Counted from the first letter of the stretch, positions 37,838 to 46,811 are shown. The stretch is DNA of 64,000 nt from Candidatus Multivorans sp. (GCA_965224025.1 OZ245033.1:867571-931570); one strand, 5' to 3'. Notes: a model not told the origin generated them from the letters alone. Translations and numbers: made by a program.

Positions 37838-38509
37838 TCAGGACTTCGAGCGCTCCTCAAGAAACCGTTCGAACTCCTCCCGCTCCTCCGGCGTCACATC
37901 TTCCAGGCCGATCAGGTACTCGCCACCGGCTTCCGGCAGCGGCGCCTGGATCAGAGTGACGGCGCGCTCGATCGCGTCGCAGTCGAGGCTGACCAGCACC
38001 AGGGCCATCTGCCGGCAGACAGTGAAGAGCTGCGTGCCCAACTCGCTCTCGATCCTCACCTGGGCCGCTTCCGGCATCCGCTCCGTCGTGATCCAGTAAC
38101 CCTCCTCGGCCCGCCGCACGGTGACCCGGCCCTCCAGGTAGAGGGTCTGGCGCGGAACGGTCAGTTCCTGGCTCAGCCGGCTCTCCAGGCTGCCGATGGT
38201 GACTTCCGCGTCGATGCGGCCCGAACCGGCGATCTCCAGTTCGAGCGCGGTTTCGAACACGCCGTCGGGAGCGGGAGTCAGGGTCGCCGCGTGGTGGGTT
38301 ACCGTCAGGGAGTGCTCGGGCGAGCGCAGCATGACCTCGGCGGGGCCGATGTGCACCGGAACCAGATCGTCGATCAGGCGCTCGTAGACCCGGTTGAGAC
38401 GCTCGAAGGACACCACGCGGGTTCCGGGCTCTTCCTGAGCCGCCGCCGGCCCGGACAGGAGCAACGGCGCCAGCACCGCCAGCGGCGGCACCGGCAGCAG
38501 AGCGCTCAT
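37838..38509 (-). CDS. Hypothetical secreted protein
   Basis: Signal peptide MSALLPVPPLAVLAPLLLSGPAAAQE. Its start overlaps the stop of the upstream VWA gene. Confidence 0.65.
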   Translation of the reverse strand: MSALLPVPPLAVLAPLLLSGPAAAQEEPGTRVVSFERLNRVYERLIDDLVPVHIGPAEVMLRSPEHSLTVTHHAATLTPAPDGVFETALELEIAGSGRIDAEVTIGSLESRLSQELTVPRQTLYLEGRVTVRRAEEGYWITTERMPEAAQVRIESELGTQLFTVCRQMALVLVSLDCDAIERAVTLIQAPLPEAGGEYLIGLEDVTPEEREEFERFLEERSKS

Positions 38510-41103
38510 GGGTAGTAGCCGCTGATCGTCCGCGCCTTGAACCGGCCCTTGACCTTCACCTCGACCTCGCGGTACTCGTCGCCGTCGCCGGCCCGGTTCG
38601 AGTTGTACGCCAGGAGGTACTGCGAGCGCAGTTCGCGCTCGATCTCGTCATAGACCGGCGCCAGATCCTCGGCCTTGGAGATGAAGAACGACCTGCCGCC
38701 GGTGACCTTGGCCAGGCCGCTCAGCTTGTTGCGCAGGATCATCTGGGTGCGGCCGATGCCCAGCCCGATCGCGTAGATCGCGACCGCCGAGCGCCGTGCG
38801 TAATCCTCGACGTCAGGAAACGAGACCGTGCTCGCCGTGTCTGCGCCGTCGGAGAGCAGGACCAGAGCGCGCCGGCCTCTGACGCCCCGGAAGTAGTACA
38901 GGCTGGTGATCAGCGCATCGTGCAATGCGGTGTTGCCGGCGGCGCGCAGATTCTCGATCGAGGAAGCGACCGCGCTGACGTCGGACGTCCGGCCGATCAG
39001 CAGCACCGGACGTGAGGCGAAGGCGACCGCGAAGGAACGGTCGCGCGGAGTGATCAGGTTGGCCAGAAACTGCGACGCCGTCCGGCGCGCCTCGCCGAGG
39101 GACGTTTCCATCGACCCCGAAGTATCGATCACGACGCCCAGGGTGAGCGGCAGGTCCTCGACCAGTTCGAACTTCGCGAGCTCCTGCCGGCGCTTGTCTT
39201 CCATGACGGTGAAGTCGGTCTCTAGCAGCGTCGTCACCGGCCTGTTCGCACTGTCGACCACCGTCGTGTAGAGCTCGACCAGGTCGACGTCGACCGTGTC
39301 GGTGAACTCGGGAGCGTTCAGGAAGCGCACGTCCTCCGCGCGGCTGCCATCGTCCAGCGTGGCGGCGACGGTGAGGTACACGAGCTCCTGATCGCCGGCC
39401 GCGGGCACATCGATCTCGGCACGCCACGGCGGTCTGCGCAGCACCGTCTGAACCTCTTCTCCGACCCGGAACTCGACCTCCTGAACCACGCGCTCCTCGG
39501 GCACGATGACCGTGGCGGCGGCATCCACCTTGCCCGTCACCCGAACACCCCGCCGCGGTTCGTTGATCAGCACCCGCAACTCGCCGCGCTGCTGGTTCAG
39601 CACCAGTTCGTCCGCACCCACGACTTCGCCGTTCTCGTCGAGCCCCTCGACCCGAACCACCTGCTCGGCCGGGTACTTCGCCAGCCGCACCTCGGCGGTG
39701 AACGGGGGCCGGCGGCGCGTGACCTGGAGCACGCCGTCGACGACGAACCGCATCGCTGTGATCTCGCTCCCGGTCACCAGGGTCTCTGCCCGCCACAACC
39801 CGAGCACCACCTCGCTTTCGGGCGGCACCAGGACCACGCCGCTGTCCGCATCGAGCGTTGTCTCCGGCAGGTCCGCCACCAACTGCTCCGCCGCCAGGAT
39901 GAGGCGGCGGCGGTCCTCCGAACTCGCCGGCTCCGTCTGCGGCGCCAGCGGCACCTCGACCGGCACCGCCCCGAAGGCCACGGCGCCGCCGATCTCGTCC
40001 CGCACCAGGAACCTCACCAGGACAACCGAACCGGGACGCAGCAAGTGCTCCATCGGCAGCGCCAGCGACCGGTCCTCCGGCGGCGTGCCCGAGAGGAAGC
40101 GCACCCGGAAGGCATCGAAGATCCGGCCCGGCTGCTCGACCACGCCTTCCACGTTGATCCGGACCTGCTCTCTGCCGTCGTCGTCCACGAAGGGCTCGTA
40201 CGCCGCGCCCGGCGGCAGCGAGAAGAGGATCCTGGTCAGGATGCGCTGGCCGCTCCGCGCCGGGAAGGTGACGATCGGATCCTCGAGCTCCAGTGCGGGC
40301 GGCGCCGCCACTTGGTCGGCCGCGGCCGCCACGGCCCAGGCATCCAGATCCTGCGGGGGCCGCAACCACGCATGGAGGCGAGCGGTCGACGGACGTTGCC
40401 GCCGGAAGTCGAACAGGCCCCAGACGCCTGTGGCCCGGTCGACCCGTCGCGCCTCCTCGCAGACCTGCAGGTCGAAACGGCGGGCTCGCAGGAGGCCCCG
40501 AAGCTCTTCGTACTGCTCGAGCCAGTACTCCATCTCGGGCATGTACAGAACCCGCTTCGAGTACTCGGGCAACCAGAGCTGGAACGCCTCGTTCGGCTTG
40601 GGCTGGAAGAGGACCAGGTTCTCGTGCTCGCCCTCCTCCGGCCCGTAACGCCAGATCTCAAGCGGCCGGAAAGTCTGATCGCAGTCGACCGGCTCGATGT
40701 CGTCCGGCGCCCCGTGCAGGAACAGCAACTGCGCGCGGACATCGAAGAACGGCGCACCCGTCTGACGGATCCGCCGCCGACGCTGCTCGATGCCCTCGGC
40801 TAGCTGGGCGCGGTTCAGGAAGGTCCCGATGTACTCGCGCCGGGACGCCGGGTTGAGGTTCTGGACCCGGTGCAACTCAGCCGACGCCAGCAGGTACTGG
40901 GGTCCGTCGAGAAAGAACTCCCGCTCCTCGTCGCTCCACTCGGAGAGCCGCCAACCCACGTCCTGAGCGACCACCGTCGCCGGGACGAGGCAGGCGGCAA
41001 CCAGAAGCAGCCGGCGGATCCGCGCCCCGATTCCCCCCGGTTTCACCACGACATCCGGTACAGCATCCAGCGCCGCGGTGGCGTTGAGGGTGGACAGGTG
41101 CAT
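38506..41103 (-). CDS. Large secreted GWxTD-like / von Willebrand factor A protein (acidobacterial VWFA type)
   Basis: N-terminal PLEIWRYG block, MIDAS VIDTSGSMETSL and a C-terminus ..KARTISGYYP. Confidence 0.85.
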   Translation of the reverse strand: MHLSTLNATAALDAVPDVVVKPGGIGARIRRLLLVAACLVPATVVAQDVGWRLSEWSDEEREFFLDGPQYLLASAELHRVQNLNPASRREYIGTFLNRAQLAEGIEQRRRRIRQTGAPFFDVRAQLLFLHGAPDDIEPVDCDQTFRPLEIWRYGPEEGEHENLVLFQPKPNEAFQLWLPEYSKRVLYMPEMEYWLEQYEELRGLLRARRFDLQVCEEARRVDRATGVWGLFDFRRQRPSTARLHAWLRPPQDLDAWAVAAAADQVAAPPALELEDPIVTFPARSGQRILTRILFSLPPGAAYEPFVDDDGREQVRINVEGVVEQPGRIFDAFRVRFLSGTPPEDRSLALPMEHLLRPGSVVLVRFLVRDEIGGAVAFGAVPVEVPLAPQTEPASSEDRRRLILAAEQLVADLPETTLDADSGVVLVPPESEVVLGLWRAETLVTGSEITAMRFVVDGVLQVTRRRPPFTAEVRLAKYPAEQVVRVEGLDENGEVVGADELVLNQQRGELRVLINEPRRGVRVTGKVDAAATVIVPEERVVQEVEFRVGEEVQTVLRRPPWRAEIDVPAAGDQELVYLTVAATLDDGSRAEDVRFLNAPEFTDTVDVDLVELYTTVVDSANRPVTTLLETDFTVMEDKRRQELAKFELVEDLPLTLGVVIDTSGSMETSLGEARRTASQFLANLITPRDRSFAVAFASRPVLLIGRTSDVSAVASSIENLRAAGNTALHDALITSLYYFRGVRGRRALVLLSDGADTASTVSFPDVEDYARRSAVAIYAIGLGIGRTQMILRNKLSGLAKVTGGRSFFISKAEDLAPVYDEIERELRSQYLLAYNSNRAGDGDEYREVEVKVKGRFKARTISGYYP

Positions 41104-41312
41104 CGGGCATGAGCTTAGCCGGGTTCACCGCACGGACCGTGCCGACTGAATGCGGTCGGGAACCCGCTCGTCTGTTGGACGGCATCGTCGACACCGCCGT
41201 ACCTCATATCGACCGAGGTCCGCCCGCCGTTTTGCAACCATATCGTGGACGACTATCTCCTAGCACAGGAGTTCAGGCGCACCCCGAGCGTCGTCACACC
41301 ATCGGCGAGATT

Positions 41313-41360
41313 GAGTTCCGGTCGCGACACTAGGAGTTCCGGTCGCGACACTAGGAGTTC
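41313..41360. repeat. Tandem 21-bp direct repeat (2 full units plus partial units)
   Basis: GAGTTCCGGTCGCGACACTAG twice (41313-41333, 41334-41354), then GAGTTCG. A degenerate unit AGGAGTTCAGGCGCACC lies upstream. Confidence 0.8.
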
Positions 41361-41363
41361 GCC

Positions 41364-41495
41364 AGCGGTGCTCCGCTGCGCTGTCGCGCAGGGAACGAGG
41401 CGGCGCCCGGATGCGGGCAGGATGCCCGCGTTCCCAGGGGCTTGTTCCATGCAAGTAGGGACAGCGGTGGTCCGCTGCGCTGTCGCGCAGGGAAC
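41364..41495. repeat. Two copies of a 33-nt hairpin-containing repeat, 99 bp apart
   Basis: AGCGGTG(C/G)TCCGCTGCGCTGTCGCGCAGGGAACG at 41364-41396 and 41463-41495, with an internal CTGCGC-TGTC-GCGCAG hairpin. Between them lies GGAACG..GCGGGCA-GGA-TGCCCGC..CGTTCC. Confidence 0.75.
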
Positions 41496-41725
41496 GGGTG
41501 GTGGATTCTGCGGCCGTTGCAGGAGGCGTAGAGTTGGGTCGCGCTGGGCAGCGAGGCCGTCGGAGCACTGGTGTGTTTGCACCCGCAATGCAAGTTTGGC
41601 CCGGACCGTGATCGGCGTTCTGACGCTGGCGGCGCGGCTCTTGCCGCGACCCCGTATGCAAGAGTGACGTTTCCGCCGCGGTCTCTGTCCAGCGCGACCA
41701 TTTGAATGGGGATTATATATTAGGC

Positions 41726-41754
41726 TTGACACGGGCGCTGATTTCCCGTAGTGT
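41726..41754 (+). promoter_or_regulatory. Candidate sigma70-type promoter inside IR-L (TTGACA-17-TAGTGT)
   Basis: TTGACA at 41726-41731, a 17-nt spacer, and TAGTGT at 41749-41754. A GGGAGA Shine-Dalgarno sequence precedes ATG 41783. Confidence 0.35.
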
Positions 41755-41782
41755 CTAGGGACACTGGACGGGAGATGAAACG

Positions 41783-42769
41783 ATGAAGCACAAGGCACCC
41801 GGCAAGGCTTACCGCAAGGGACTGACGTTCGTGCAACTGGCGCGGATGTTCCCCGATGAAGCAGCCGCGCGAGACTGGTTCGAGACGTACCTTTGGCCCG
41901 ATGGAGTGAAGTGGTGCCCGAACTGCGGCGGCGACAACACGCACGCATGCAAGCACAAGCAGATGCCGTACCGCTGCCGCGACTGCAAGCGGTACTTCAG
42001 CGTCAAGACCGGCACGCTCATGGCTGGTTCGCCGTTGCCTCTGTTGACGTGGCTCTACGCGATCTACCTCGAACTCACATCGCTCAAGGGCGTATCGAGC
42101 ATGAAACTGCACCGTGACCTAGGCGTCACTCAGAAGACCGCTTGGCACATGCTCCAGCGCATCCGCGAAGCGTTCGCCGCCGAAGGGCCGGAAGTCCGGT
42201 TCGACGGTCCCGCCGAAGTGGACGAGACGTACTTCGGCGGTCTGCGGAAGAACATGCCGAAGTGGAAGCGTGCGGAGCTTGAAGGTCGCGGCACGGTCGG
42301 CAAGACCGCCGTGGTGGGCATCAAGGACCGCGAGACCAAGAAGGTCGCGGCGAAGGTGGTCCGCTCCACCGACGGCGAGACCCTACAGGCGTTCGTGCGC
42401 GAGCACGTCGAACCCGGCGCGATGGTGTACAGCGACGATACCGGGGCGTACAGCGGTCTGACCGAGTACGAGCGTGGCACGGTGAAGCACTCGGTCGGCG
42501 AGTACGTGGACGGCAAGGTCCACACGAACTCGATCGAGAGCTTCTGGTCGATGCTCAAGCGGGCGCACAAGGGTGTGTTCCACAAGATCAGTCCGAAGCA
42601 CCTGCAACGCTACGTCGATGAGTTCGCGGGTCGGCAGAACATCCGCGAGTACGACACGCTGGCGCAGATGGTCGCCGTCACGGAGGGACTCGCGGGCAAG
42701 CGGCTCCGCTATCGTGACCTGATCGCCGACAACGGCCTGCCGTCGGGCGCGCGCGAGGCCGCCGCATGA
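41783..42769 (+). CDS. IS1595-family transposase
   Basis: CPNCGGDN..YRCRDCKRYFS, MKLHRDLGVTQKTAWHMLQRIR and VDETYFGG..VYSDDTGAY..HTNSIESFWSMLKR. Confidence 0.9.
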   Translation: MKHKAPGKAYRKGLTFVQLARMFPDEAAARDWFETYLWPDGVKWCPNCGGDNTHACKHKQMPYRCRDCKRYFSVKTGTLMAGSPLPLLTWLYAIYLELTSLKGVSSMKLHRDLGVTQKTAWHMLQRIREAFAAEGPEVRFDGPAEVDETYFGGLRKNMPKWKRAELEGRGTVGKTAVVGIKDRETKKVAAKVVRSTDGETLQAFVREHVEPGAMVYSDDTGAYSGLTEYERGTVKHSVGEYVDGKVHTNSIESFWSMLKRAHKGVFHKISPKHLQRYVDEFAGRQNIREYDTLAQMVAVTEGLAGKRLRYRDLIADNGLPSGAREAAA

Positions 42770-44212
42770 CCATCCTCGGTTCGTTCAGTCTGGTTCCAAA
42801 CAGCCTCTACTACGGCGACTGCCTCGAAGTCATGGGCGGTTGGCCAGCCGAGTCGGTGGATCTGATCTACCTCGATCCGCCGTTCAACTCGAAGGCGGAC
42901 TACAACCAGTTGTTCGGCACCGAGAACGGCGTGCCGGCCCAAGTTCGGGCGTTCACCGACACATGGACATGGAACGACTCGGCGGCCGAGCGGTACGACC
43001 GTTTCAGCCGTGCAGTCGCGCATCCCGCGCACAAGGCGGTAGTCGGCCTGCACATGGCGCTAGGTCCATCGGGGATGCTCGCGTACCTCACCTACATGGC
43101 CGAGCGGCTCGCGGAGTGCAAGCGCCTGCTCAAGCCGACCGGCTCCATCTACCTGCACTGTGACCACACGGCGGGCGCGTACCTGAAGATGCTCATGGAC
43201 GCGATCTTCGGAGCGAACAATCGCCGAAGCGAACTCCACTGGTACTACTACAACAAGATGCACGACAGCCGGAAGAAGCTGTTTGCTGCCGCCACGGACA
43301 CAATCTTCTTCTATGTCAAGGATGTGGACTCCGGTTTTTCGTTTGAACAACTTCAAGAACGCCGCGAAAAGCCCGTCAAGCAGCTTGTACGAGCCAAAGT
43401 CAACGGCCGCATGGTCAACAAGCGAGACGAAGACGGTCGGCTGATGTACCAGACCAAGACACATAGAACCATTGACAATGTGTGGCGGATACCCTGTTTG
43501 CAACCAGCATCGAGGGAGAGATTAGGCTGTCCAACACAGAAGCCCCGTGCGCTGTTGGATCGCATCATCAAGGCGTCTTCTAGGGAAGGTGACTTGGTGC
43601 TTGACCCGTTCTGCGGTTGTGGCACGACGATAGACGCGGCGAATCGACTGCAACGGCAGTGGGTCGGCATCGACCTTTCACCGTTCGCCACTCGCCTTGT
43701 GCGTGACCGCAGGCTCAAGGATGCGAGTATCCAGATCTTCGGTATCCCGACAGATGTTGAAGGCGCACGGCTCCTGCTACGCAACAACCCGTTCGACTTC
43801 GAGGCGTGGATCGTTACGTCGGTGGACGGGCTGGCGGCGAACGAGGTCCAGGTAGGCGACGGCGGCATCGACGGGCGCGGCAGGATGTTCACCGTGCCGG
43901 ACGATGAAACAGGCTTGGTGCTCGCTCAGGTGAAGGGGGGGGTACACCGCATCGGCGCTGCGGGACTTCGAGGGCACGATGGGCCGCGAGAACGCCACGG
44001 CGGGCATCTTCGTCACCTTGAAGCGCGTCACAACGTCCAGTGCCCGCGCGGCTGCCAAGGCGATGGGCGAGTACCGCGTAGGCGCGACGCGCTACCCTCG
44101 GCTCCAGTTCTGGTCCGCAGAGGAGTATCTGAGGGGCGTCCGTCCTCACCTACCCGCGATGGCCGACCCGTACACCGGCAAAGCAGTTCAGACCGACATG
44201 TTCACCGGATAG
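42766..44212 (+). pseudogene. Amino-DNA-methyltransferase (DPPF) fused to a PD-(D/E)xK (Mrr-like) nuclease domain, out of frame at a G8 tract
   Basis: VDLIYLDPPFNSK, SIYLHCDH and GCPTQKPRALLDRII..DPFCGCGTTIDAAN. Next GDGGIDGRG..LAQVKGG, then a frame change to YTASALRDFEGTMGRENATAGIFVTLKR (ORF 43979..44212). With G7 the gene would be 482 codons, uninterrupted. Confidence 0.8.
43935..43942 (+). repeat. G8 homopolymer at the frame break of the MTase-nuclease gene
   Basis: gtgaaGGGGGGGGtac. The downstream frame has a TGA at 43931-43933, so the shift must occur inside the tract. Confidence 0.9.
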
Positions 44213-44225
44213 CAGGGAGGAAGCG

Positions 44226-44408
44226 TTGCCCAAGAAGCCGAAGCGCCACACGGAACACAAGAAGGTGTACAAAGCCGAGTACGGCGGCGCTACGCCCGCG
44301 CAGGTCACGCTTGCGCTTCTACGCTACCGTCCAAACGCACCCGAAGCCGTCACGAAGCGTTTGCCACCGCAGGTTCAAGCCGACCCCGCTATCAAGTCTA
44401 GTGTATAA
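44226..44408 (+). CDS. Small hypothetical ORF at the IS end (TTG start)
   Basis: MPKKPKRHTEHKKVYKAEYGGATPAQVTLALLRY. Its stop lies inside IR-R, and its position is equivalent to 20398..20673 in copy 1. Confidence 0.3.
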   Translation: MPKKPKRHTEHKKVYKAEYGGATPAQVTLALLRYRPNAPEAVTKRLPPQVQADPAIKSSV

Positions 44409-44414
44409 TCCCCC

Positions 44415-44789
44415 TTCCAAGGCACTCCGTTCGCAGACATCCTCTCTCAGATCGACGATCAGTCCAACCCACTGGCAATTGACCTCGGGCTGTTCTTCCT
44501 TGAGCAGAACGAGACCACCGTGCGGAAGTTCAACGAGCAACTTGAGAAGATCGTGCAGGGCGCTGCGACAGACGGTACTCCCTACCGGTTCGCCTTCGGT
44601 GTCGGCAATCGTGGGCCTGCGCTGACAGCGCACTGCAATCGTCTCCCGAGAGAGGAGGCCGCAGCTCTGTTGAGAGCGGACTGTCGAAGGGCCCTTGACC
44701 GGGTCGACTGCAGTTTCGGCATCTCGCTCGACCCGGACGGCACCATCAAGACAGTCGAGAAGCTAGTCCGCGCCGAACAAGACCGTTGA
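44415..44789 (+). pseudogene. Start-less ORF opening at the IS boundary (probable 3' remnant of an interrupted gene)
   Basis: The frame of ORF 44520..44789 stays open back to the IS end: FQGTPFADILSQIDDQSNPLAIDLGLFFLEQNETTVRKFNEQLEK.. No start codon with a sensible context is present. Confidence 0.4.
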
Positions 44790-44885
44790 CAAGAGGACCA
44801 CCCACGCTCGCTTATGCCCAACGGACGCGCCGCCGCCTGCGCAGCCCCGCGCGGCTGCCAGCCGGTCATTGGCCCAGAGAACTTT

Positions 44886-44990
44886 GAACTTGAGCCCGAT
44901 GCGGATCATCACGCGCCGCGGGAAAACCGTAGCCGCTCGGCCTGTACTTCTCGTCCCGTGCCACCATCAACTCCTCCCACCAGTCGTGGG
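44886..44990 (-). pseudogene. Decayed 3'-terminal remnant of a TonB-dependent receptor, paralogous to 47056..49830
   Basis: HDWWEELMVARDEKYRPSGYGF / (1-nt shift) PRRVMIRIGLKF aligns with the intact C-terminus DSWEELTVAPDEEYVPYDYIWPRRVMIRLGLEF*. The DNA also aligns (GAACTTGAGCCCGATGCGGATCATCACGCG.. versus GAACTCAAGCCCCAGGCGGATCATGACCCG..). The stop codon is lost. Confidence 0.65.
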
Positions 44991-45106
44991 GTGTCTTCAT
45001 CTGTCGGACAACCGCGTCTCTCCGCTGGCGCGAACAGCGATGACCCTCTGACCGCCCTACGGGAGAGGACAACGCAACCCCCCCCCCGCCCTCGACACTG
45101 CGAGGC

Positions 45107-45763
45107 TCAACAGCGCATCCTCCGCCTCTTCCCTTCGGACAGATCCGGCGTCGTGCAATCTACGACAGGCACAGGCCGCTGCCGATCGTTGTTGAGCGGG
45201 TTCTGACCTCCGCCACCACCCGAACCGCTACCACCGCCGTTGACGTGAGGATTCGCATCTTCCGCAGCCGACCAGTCCGTAGTTTGCACGGAAGGGTAGG
45301 ACGTCGAATCCCTCCACATTACCGTGCGATCTTCGCAGCCGGCAGTGCCCACATCGCCGAGATTCAGCACCTGGCCGATCTCGTGAGCGGCGGTACCAGC
45401 CAAGTTGCATCCGAGGTCAGGATTGAGAAAAACCGTCTTGCTAAGCGGATCCGTAAAACCACACTGTCGCCTAGACGTCCTCCTCACTCTCCATGTCTCT
45501 CTGTCGCAGTTCACCAAACAGAATGGCGCACTCGTGACAAGCTCTGGCAAACCGTAGCTGCTACATGTCCTGCCAGTCCACTGGCCCAGACCGGCATTGA
45601 ACGCTCTCGTCTCTTCCGCGCCTAGCGAACCGTCCACCTTGAACACGATGGTCCCCGCCGAACCGAAACCTGAAGAAACCGGAGGCCTACAGTTCAACGC
45701 CTGCGCGTAGACTGAAGGCGCGGCCAGGAGGACGCATGCCGCCATGATCAGTAGTGACTTCAC
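45107..45763 (-). CDS. Small secreted Cys-rich protein with a degenerate zincin-like motif (HEIGQ)
   Basis: GTG start gives VKSLLIMAACVLLAAPSVYAQA (signal peptide). Contains AAHEIGQVLNLGD and a Gly-rich tail. The longer listed ORF to 46066 overlaps the upstream gene heavily. Confidence 0.55.
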   Translation of the reverse strand: MKSLLIMAACVLLAAPSVYAQALNCRPPVSSGFGSAGTIVFKVDGSLGAEETRAFNAGLGQWTGRTCSSYGLPELVTSAPFCLVNCDRETWRVRRTSRRQCGFTDPLSKTVFLNPDLGCNLAGTAAHEIGQVLNLGDVGTAGCEDRTVMWRDSTSYPSVQTTDWSAAEDANPHVNGGGSGSGGGGGQNPLNNDRQRPVPVVDCTTPDLSEGKRRRMRC

Positions 45764-46811
45764 GGTACGTCCTCCCCCCTCTCTCAACTGCATTGGGAGG
45801 AAAGAGGCTTGCCTCAATGCCGTACGAACCACAGTCCAACTGCCACACGCCCGTCTTCTCGTCGCGAGTCGCTCTGGCCCGACAGCCCGCGTCCCGAGCC
45901 GCCTTCCATGCCTTGATGAACTGGTCGCGCAATTCGGACTCATCATAAGGATCGGACAGTCTAGATTCCACCCATTCAAACAGCCCGCTGGCCTGTAGTT
46001 CGTCCATGTATTCATGTAGACCGAGCAGCGTATTCGCCGGAACGGCTGGCACGGGCGTGTTCCCAATGCCGAAAGCCGTATCCTCTTCGTAGCCAGTGGC
46101 CCAATCTAGAGCAGCCTCGCCGGCCTTCGCCCCCCGCACCACCGAGAACCGCCCCTCGTAGTAGAACCACGGCCGAACGACGTTTTCCGGCACCCACAGC
46201 GAGCCGATCAACACCACGCGGTCGCCCACCTCCGGCCGCTCATAGGCGTACTCACGGCGCAGCTGATCCGCGCAGAATACCCGCCCATGTATCACGACCT
46301 GATCCGTCGGAATCAGCGCGTAAGCGGGCAGTGCCGAACGGTAGTGCAAAGGCACGACTTCGGACAGTTCCAAAAGCAAACCAGGATCACCGTTCGCACG
46401 AAAGCCAGTGATCAGATCTGATACTGTCGCTAACACCGCCACTCTCGACGTCAGAACCGTCAAATCGAAGTCGTCGATTCGAGGGTCATAGAAGATCTTC
46501 GAGAGAATGGGCGGTGCCTCCGGATTGAGCGGCGGAACGCCAGCGCACGGGTCTCGTGGTGGCCGTGCACCCTCTTCTAGGTCCTCGGACAGACCCGCAG
46601 TACGCCGCGCGAAGGCCATCGCCTGTCTCTGAACCTGCTCCCGAATCTCGTCGCCCAAGCCCCACGGTTCCTTGAACGAACCATCGCGGTACAGAACCTC
46701 CGAAGCGGCGACCCACGCGGGCGAACTCGGTTCGCCCACTCTAGTCGGACCTGCAGCGACGGTCAGAGCGAAGAATGGCAACGACGAACAAAGAACAAGA
46801 ATTCGTCTCAT
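45687..46811 (-). CDS. Hypothetical secreted protein
   Basis: Signal peptide MRRILVLCSSLPFFALTVAAG. The 374-aa ORF has ordinary composition and no recognised family. Confidence 0.65.
   Translation of the reverse strand: MRRILVLCSSLPFFALTVAAGPTRVGEPSSPAWVAASEVLYRDGSFKEPWGLGDEIREQVQRQAMAFARRTAGLSEDLEEGARPPRDPCAGVPPLNPEAPPILSKIFYDPRIDDFDLTVLTSRVAVLATVSDLITGFRANGDPGLLLELSEVVPLHYRSALPAYALIPTDQVVIHGRVFCADQLRREYAYERPEVGDRVVLIGSLWVPENVVRPWFYYEGRFSVVRGAKAGEAALDWATGYEEDTAFGIGNTPVPAVPANTLLGLHEYMDELQASGLFEWVESRLSDPYDESELRDQFIKAWKAARDAGCRARATRDEKTGVWQLDCGSYGIEASLFPPNAVERGGRTYREVTTDHGGMRPPGRAFSLRAGVEL

Larger units (their letters stand above)
41708..44413 (+). mobile_element. IS1595-family element (copy 2) with passenger genes; no target duplication
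   Basis: IR-L is GGGGATTATATATTAGGCTTGAC (41708-41730). The reverse complement of 44391-44413 is GGGGATTATACACTAGACTTGAT (19/23 match). Gene order is as in copy 1. Confidence 0.85.

Noticed and set aside
41364-41495. Possible degenerate CRISPR array (33-nt repeat, 66-nt spacer).
   Set aside because: There are only two copies, the spacing is too long, the spacer is itself a palindrome related to the REP family, and no cas genes are in the window.
41700-44421. Attempt to find an 8-bp target duplication for IS1595 copy 2.
   Set aside because: The flanks ATTTGAAT and CTTCCAAG do not match under any end assignment within 2 nt. The left flank merely resembles the copy-1 target (TTCAGAAT), which could reflect target preference but is not a duplication.
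45078-45087. C10 homopolymer as a phase-variation switch.
   Set aside because: It lies outside any supportable ORF, 20 nt past a stop codon. It is noted only as a landmark at the edge of the receptor remnant.
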